Shown: positions 58,614 through 64,000 of the stretch, piece by piece
Numbering within the stretch: position 1 is the stretch's first letter
Layout: each line of letters begins with the position of its first letter
Source of the DNA: Minisyncoccia bacterium
Lineage (GTDB): Bacteria; Patescibacteriota; Minisyncoccia; Phycocordibacterales; UBA9973
NCBI GenBank assembly: GCA_038249055.1
Contig: JBBRWS010000002.1
Coordinates: forward strand, 14,118-78,117
DNA length: 64,000 bases
Direction: 5' to 3'
Program-made: the position numbers and the translations under genes
The notes under the pieces: generated by a model
Database searches by the model: none
Told to the model about the DNA's origin: nothing
Seen by the model: only the letters and a program-made list of their open reading frames with translations

Positions 58614-59426
58614 ATGTACATACTAATATTTATTTTTATTTTTTTGATGGGGACGATTATCGGAAGTTTTTTGAACGTAGTTATTTACAGATTTAATACT
58701 GGTATGACAATAGTGAAAGGGAGGTCTATTTGTATGACCTGCAACCGTAATTTGAGATGGTATGAACTTATTCCAGTATTTAGTTTTCTTATTCAGTCAG
58801 GTAAGTGTCGTCGTTGCGCAAGTTCTATATCTCATCAGTATCCTCTTGTTGAACTTGTAACAGGAATTATCTTTGCGCTTATTGCTTATAAGTTTTTACC
58901 AATTCTTTATTTTTCTAACGCGATGTTTCTTTTCTTTATAGTTTTGTACATGTTTATTTTTTCACTATTGATAGTAATATCGGTATATGATTTACGTCAC
59001 AAAATTATTCCAGATAGATTGGTTGCTGTTTTTATTATTGTTTCTTTCCTATCTATCTTTATAAATTCTTCCCCATTTGGATCTTTGTTTGCAGTGCCAA
59101 ACTACACTGCTTTGATTGCAGGTCCTGTACTTGCTCTACCATTTGCTCTTCTTTGGTTATTTTCAAAAGGACGACTTATGGGATTAGGGGATGGCAAGTT
59201 AGTTCTTGGTATCGGATGGTTACTTGGACTCTCCTCTGGTATTGCTATGGTAATACTTTCATTTTGGATAGGTACCGTTATAAGTCTAATAGTAATGTTT
59301 TTATCTAAAAATAAAATGAGTATGAAATCAGAAATACCTTTTGCGCCATTTCTTATTGCAAGTGCACTCGTTGTTTTCTTGTTTGAGTTAGATATTTTTT
59401 CTTTAATAAATTTATTTAGTATATAA
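58614..59426 (+). CDS. pilD: prepilin peptidase PilD (A24 family)
   Basis: Cytoplasmic CxxC...CxxC (CMTC..CRRC), polytopic membrane, and a DGK-like motif. I chose the start downstream of the TTGTTATAAT promoter box. Confidence 0.8.
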   Translation: MYILIFIFIFLMGTIIGSFLNVVIYRFNTGMTIVKGRSICMTCNRNLRWYELIPVFSFLIQSGKCRRCASSISHQYPLVELVTGIIFALIAYKFLPILYFSNAMFLFFIVLYMFIFSLLIVISVYDLRHKIIPDRLVAVFIIVSFLSIFINSSPFGSLFAVPNYTALIAGPVLALPFALLWLFSKGRLMGLGDGKLVLGIGWLLGLSSGIAMVILSFWIGTVISLIVMFLSKNKMSMKSEIPFAPFLIASALVVFLFELDIFSLINLFSI

Positions 59427-59442
59427 TTATTAAATATTTATA

Positions 59443-60135
59443 ATGTTTAAGAATTTTCATAAAAATAAATATAATGGAGGTGTAACCATGATAGAACTTC
59501 TTGTTGTTATTTTTATTTTTATGGTTATTTCAGGAATAACAATTTTTGATTATGGTAAATTTAAATCATCTCAATCAGTACAAAATGTAGCTGATGACAT
59601 TGCTTTATCTGTTCGAAAAGCTCAAGGTTATGCCATTGGTGTTCATAGTGCGACAACTGGTTCTTTTGACGTTGGTTACGGAGCCCACTTTACTTTAAAG
59701 ACTACAGCTGTTGGTAATCAGTATTCTGGGACAAATAAATCTTTTGTTTTATTCGCCGATATGGGAGATGCTTCAACTACCACACAAGATAAAATGTATA
59801 ATTATAACAATGCAACTTGTGGGACTTCTTCAATTGGAAATGAGTGTATTGAATCATTAACTATTTCGGGGACAGATAAAATAAAAGGAATGAGGTATTA
59901 TGTAAGTGGGGCTTGGGTTGATGTAACAAGTACAGTAGATGGGACTTTGGATATTGTTTTTAAACGTCCAAATCCCGAGCCTATTTTTTGCTATAAAACA
60001 ACTGTGTCAAAGACTTCTTGTGATGCGAAAGCAGGTATTTCTGCAGTAGAAATTATAATATCAAGTGGTACTGTTCCTGAAACAAACAAAACGATAACTA
60101 TTTCTAATAGTGGACAAATAAGTGTTACTAATTAA
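59443..60135 (+). CDS. minor pilin / pseudopilin (prepilin N-terminal domain)
   Basis: GGVTMIELLVVIFIFMVISGITIF. Confidence 0.6.
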   Translation: MFKNFHKNKYNGGVTMIELLVVIFIFMVISGITIFDYGKFKSSQSVQNVADDIALSVRKAQGYAIGVHSATTGSFDVGYGAHFTLKTTAVGNQYSGTNKSFVLFADMGDASTTTQDKMYNYNNATCGTSSIGNECIESLTISGTDKIKGMRYYVSGAWVDVTSTVDGTLDIVFKRPNPEPIFCYKTTVSKTSCDAKAGISAVEIIISSGTVPETNKTITISNSGQISVTN

Positions 60136-60179
60136 AATACCTGTCCCGTTAGAAGCCGCAATCGCAAAGTAAATAAATT

Positions 60180-60773
60180 ATGAAAACAAGTTACACAAAA
60201 ATAAATAAAGGATTTACACTCGTAGAGTTAATGGTAGCGACTTCTATTTTTGTTATTATTATGCTTGCTTCTATGGGTTCTTTGTTTACTCTTTTAGATG
60301 CATCAAAAAGTTCAAGAGCTTTACGTTTTGCCATGGATAATGTCAACTTTGCGATGGAAAGTATGACTCGCTCTATTCGAATGGGCACTAATTATATATG
60401 TATCATAGGAGAAACAGGCATTCCTATGACTAATAATCCAGATAGTACAGCGAATTGCCCAAGTGGTGGGAATTTTATTGCTTTTATTCCTCAGCCATAT
60501 ACAGGGTATGTTGCTGGTACTCGAATTGGTTATAAATTAAGTTTAAGAGCTGATGGTGTTACAAATACAATAAATCGATGTGAAGGTTCAACTTGTGTTC
60601 CTATCGTTTCTCCTGATGTTGATATAAAAAATCTAAAATTTATTGTAAAAGGTTCAGACCCTGTTGATGGATTACAAGCAAATGTTTTTATGATTATTAA
60701 AGGTTCAGTTATGGTTAAAGGAGTTGAAACTTCATTTTCTATACAAACTTTAGCATCTCAGCGTAATTTCTAA
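60180..60773 (+). CDS. minor pilin / pseudopilin
   Basis: KGFTLVELMVATSIFVIIMLASMGSLF. Confidence 0.6.
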   Translation: MKTSYTKINKGFTLVELMVATSIFVIIMLASMGSLFTLLDASKSSRALRFAMDNVNFAMESMTRSIRMGTNYICIIGETGIPMTNNPDSTANCPSGGNFIAFIPQPYTGYVAGTRIGYKLSLRADGVTNTINRCEGSTCVPIVSPDVDIKNLKFIVKGSDPVDGLQANVFMIIKGSVMVKGVETSFSIQTLASQRNF

Positions 60774-60828
60774 ATAAATATACCTGTCCCGTTAGAAGTC
60801 GCAATCATAAAGTAAATAAAAATAAATT

Positions 60829-61488
60829 ATGAAAACAATTTACACAAAAATAAATAATATAATAAATCTGACAAGTGGATTGCGAGCGGTTACTTCTAAT
60901 GGGATGATAAATAATATTTATAAAAAAAATAATAAAATGTCTGGTTTTACTCTCGTTGAAACAATGGTTGCAGTTTTAATACTGACTCTCACTATTGTTA
61001 GTTTAATGACAGTTGTTGCCAACAGTTTATTTGCGGCTAGGTATGCAAGAGATGAGATTACTTCAGGCTATCTTTTACAAGAAGTAATCGACTTTATTAG
61101 AAATGACCGGGACACAAGTGTTTTCCTTCAAAATGCAGCAACTACAGATGCCGCTTGGGCTACTTTTACATCTCGTTATAATGTTTGTAAAGCATCTACT
61201 GGTGGTTGTTATTTTGACGTATTTGGTGGTGGTATATCAACTCCAACTTCATGCTCCGGTGTTACCAATTGTCGAGATTTATATTATGATGCAGCTGCAG
61301 ATATTACACCATATTATGTGAATGATAATACGACTACAGGAGGGAAGGTAAGATCTGGCTATCAGAGAAAAATAGTAGTTGAAACGACAGGAGATGAAAT
61401 GGTTATTACTGTTACAGTTTTTTGGAAAAATGGAGGTTTATCTAAATCAAGAACTCTCGTTAATACTTTAATGAAATGGCAGTCATAA
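60829..61488 (+). CDS. minor pilin / pseudopilin with unusually long leader (27-aa insertion relative to the 60180 paralog)
   Basis: Its leader MKTIYTKINN and upstream promoter motif match the 60180 gene. SGFTLVETMVAVLILT follows the insertion. The alternative start is ATG 60937. Confidence 0.55.
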   Translation: MKTIYTKINNIINLTSGLRAVTSNGMINNIYKKNNKMSGFTLVETMVAVLILTLTIVSLMTVVANSLFAARYARDEITSGYLLQEVIDFIRNDRDTSVFLQNAATTDAAWATFTSRYNVCKASTGGCYFDVFGGGISTPTSCSGVTNCRDLYYDAAADITPYYVNDNTTTGGKVRSGYQRKIVVETTGDEMVITVTVFWKNGGLSKSRTLVNTLMKWQS

Positions 61489-61492
61489 AAAA

Positions 61493-61981
61493 ATGATAAA
61501 AACTTTTTTAAAAAATAAAAAGAAGGGAGGTTATGCTATTTTATTTACAGTGGTAATAGTTAGTGCTATTTCTGTTATTACTGCTGGTTTATCAAATACA
61601 GCCTATAAACAGCTCATACTTTCTTCTTTAGCAAAAGATTCACAGGCTGCATTTTATGAGGCAGATACTGCTTCAGATTGTGCTTTATATGTAGATAGAA
61701 TAGTGGGTTCAACTCCACCAAACATTACTACCACTGGCGGGGATTGGAGTTGTGGAGGTATCGATTTAGTTATAATTAATGCTTCAGCAAATGGTTATAC
61801 AATAAATCCAAAATCACCCGCTGATACTTCTACAGATCCTTGTTTTAGAATAAAGGTTACAAAGACTGTTATAGCTGGACCGCTTACACAAACTACTATA
61901 TCAGCAAAAGGATACAATATTTGTAATTTAACTAATTTAAGAACGGTTGAGCGTGAGGTTCTAATTAATTTTTCAGAATAA
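61493..61981 (+). CDS. minor pilin-like protein (hydrophobic N-terminus, PilX/GspK-like position)
   Basis: GGYAILFTVVIVSAISVITAGL. Confidence 0.4.
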   Translation: MIKTFLKNKKKGGYAILFTVVIVSAISVITAGLSNTAYKQLILSSLAKDSQAAFYEADTASDCALYVDRIVGSTPPNITTTGGDWSCGGIDLVIINASANGYTINPKSPADTSTDPCFRIKVTKTVIAGPLTQTTISAKGYNICNLTNLRTVEREVLINFSE

Positions 61982-61994
61982 TTTATTTTATGAA

Positions 61995-64000
<2,006 letters not shown>

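Overview
This 64 kb window is AT-rich (roughly 30% GC) with short intergenic spacers, and most likely comes from a small-genome Patescibacteria/CPR-type bacterium. That origin is my inference from the gene content: a reduced spc ribosomal operon with no L30 gene, a Z-type S14, many small hypothetical genes and an elaborate type IV pilus locus.

Housekeeping genes I can recognise:
- rpsN(Z)-rpsH-rplF-rplR-rpsE-rplO-secY-adk, then an amino-acid-kinase family gene and map
- ndk, and a beta-CASP/MBL ribonuclease
- infC-rpmI-rplT on the minus strand
- a truB-like gene (tRNA pseudouridine synthase), and a phosphohexomutase
- a stomatin (SPFH) gene, and smpB next to ssrA (tmRNA)
- ftsH, recG, eno, a comF-like gene, and the 5' part of ligA

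Positions 48.9-62.0 kb hold a complete type IV pilus / competence-pilus locus: pilM-pilN-pilO-(pilP-like)-pilB, a CheY-like response regulator, pilT, pilC, three tandem pilin paralogs, pilD and four minor pilins.

I also find three tRNA genes (Ile-UAU, Ser-GCU on the minus strand, and an atypical type-II Ser-like tRNA) plus tmRNA.

The most unusual content is the repeats and the accessory regions:
- A modular family of palindromic repeats (cores TAGAGGTTGGAC...GTACAACCTCTA, CAATCAGYAGATTGACCTCACGGG and AAAAGGTCCTCGG...CCAGACC) is scattered through the window. Some copies sit between genes as bidirectional terminators. Others are inserted in frame inside truB and ligA, which resembles the Rickettsia palindromic elements.
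- Each tRNA/tmRNA gene is followed by an array of repeats that carry partial copies of that tRNA's 3' end. Next to each array is a block of uncharacterised genes that looks like an island.
- The block next to ssrA (22.2-27.1 kb) contains a GC-elevated gene for a 470-aa protein of unknown function.
- The block after tRNA-Ile encodes a 1226-aa protein with a transmembrane core and C-terminal repeats.
- A 912-aa VirD4/HerA-like ATPase with an unknown 500-aa N-terminal half sits between nested palindromes at 9.2-11.9 kb.
- A promoter-associated motif, TACYTGTCCCGTTAGAAGCCGC, recurs upstream of pilus genes, truB, ligA, secY and the ribonuclease gene.

I see no rRNA genes and no CRISPR array. Nothing suggests a recoded stop codon; nearly all stops are TAA.
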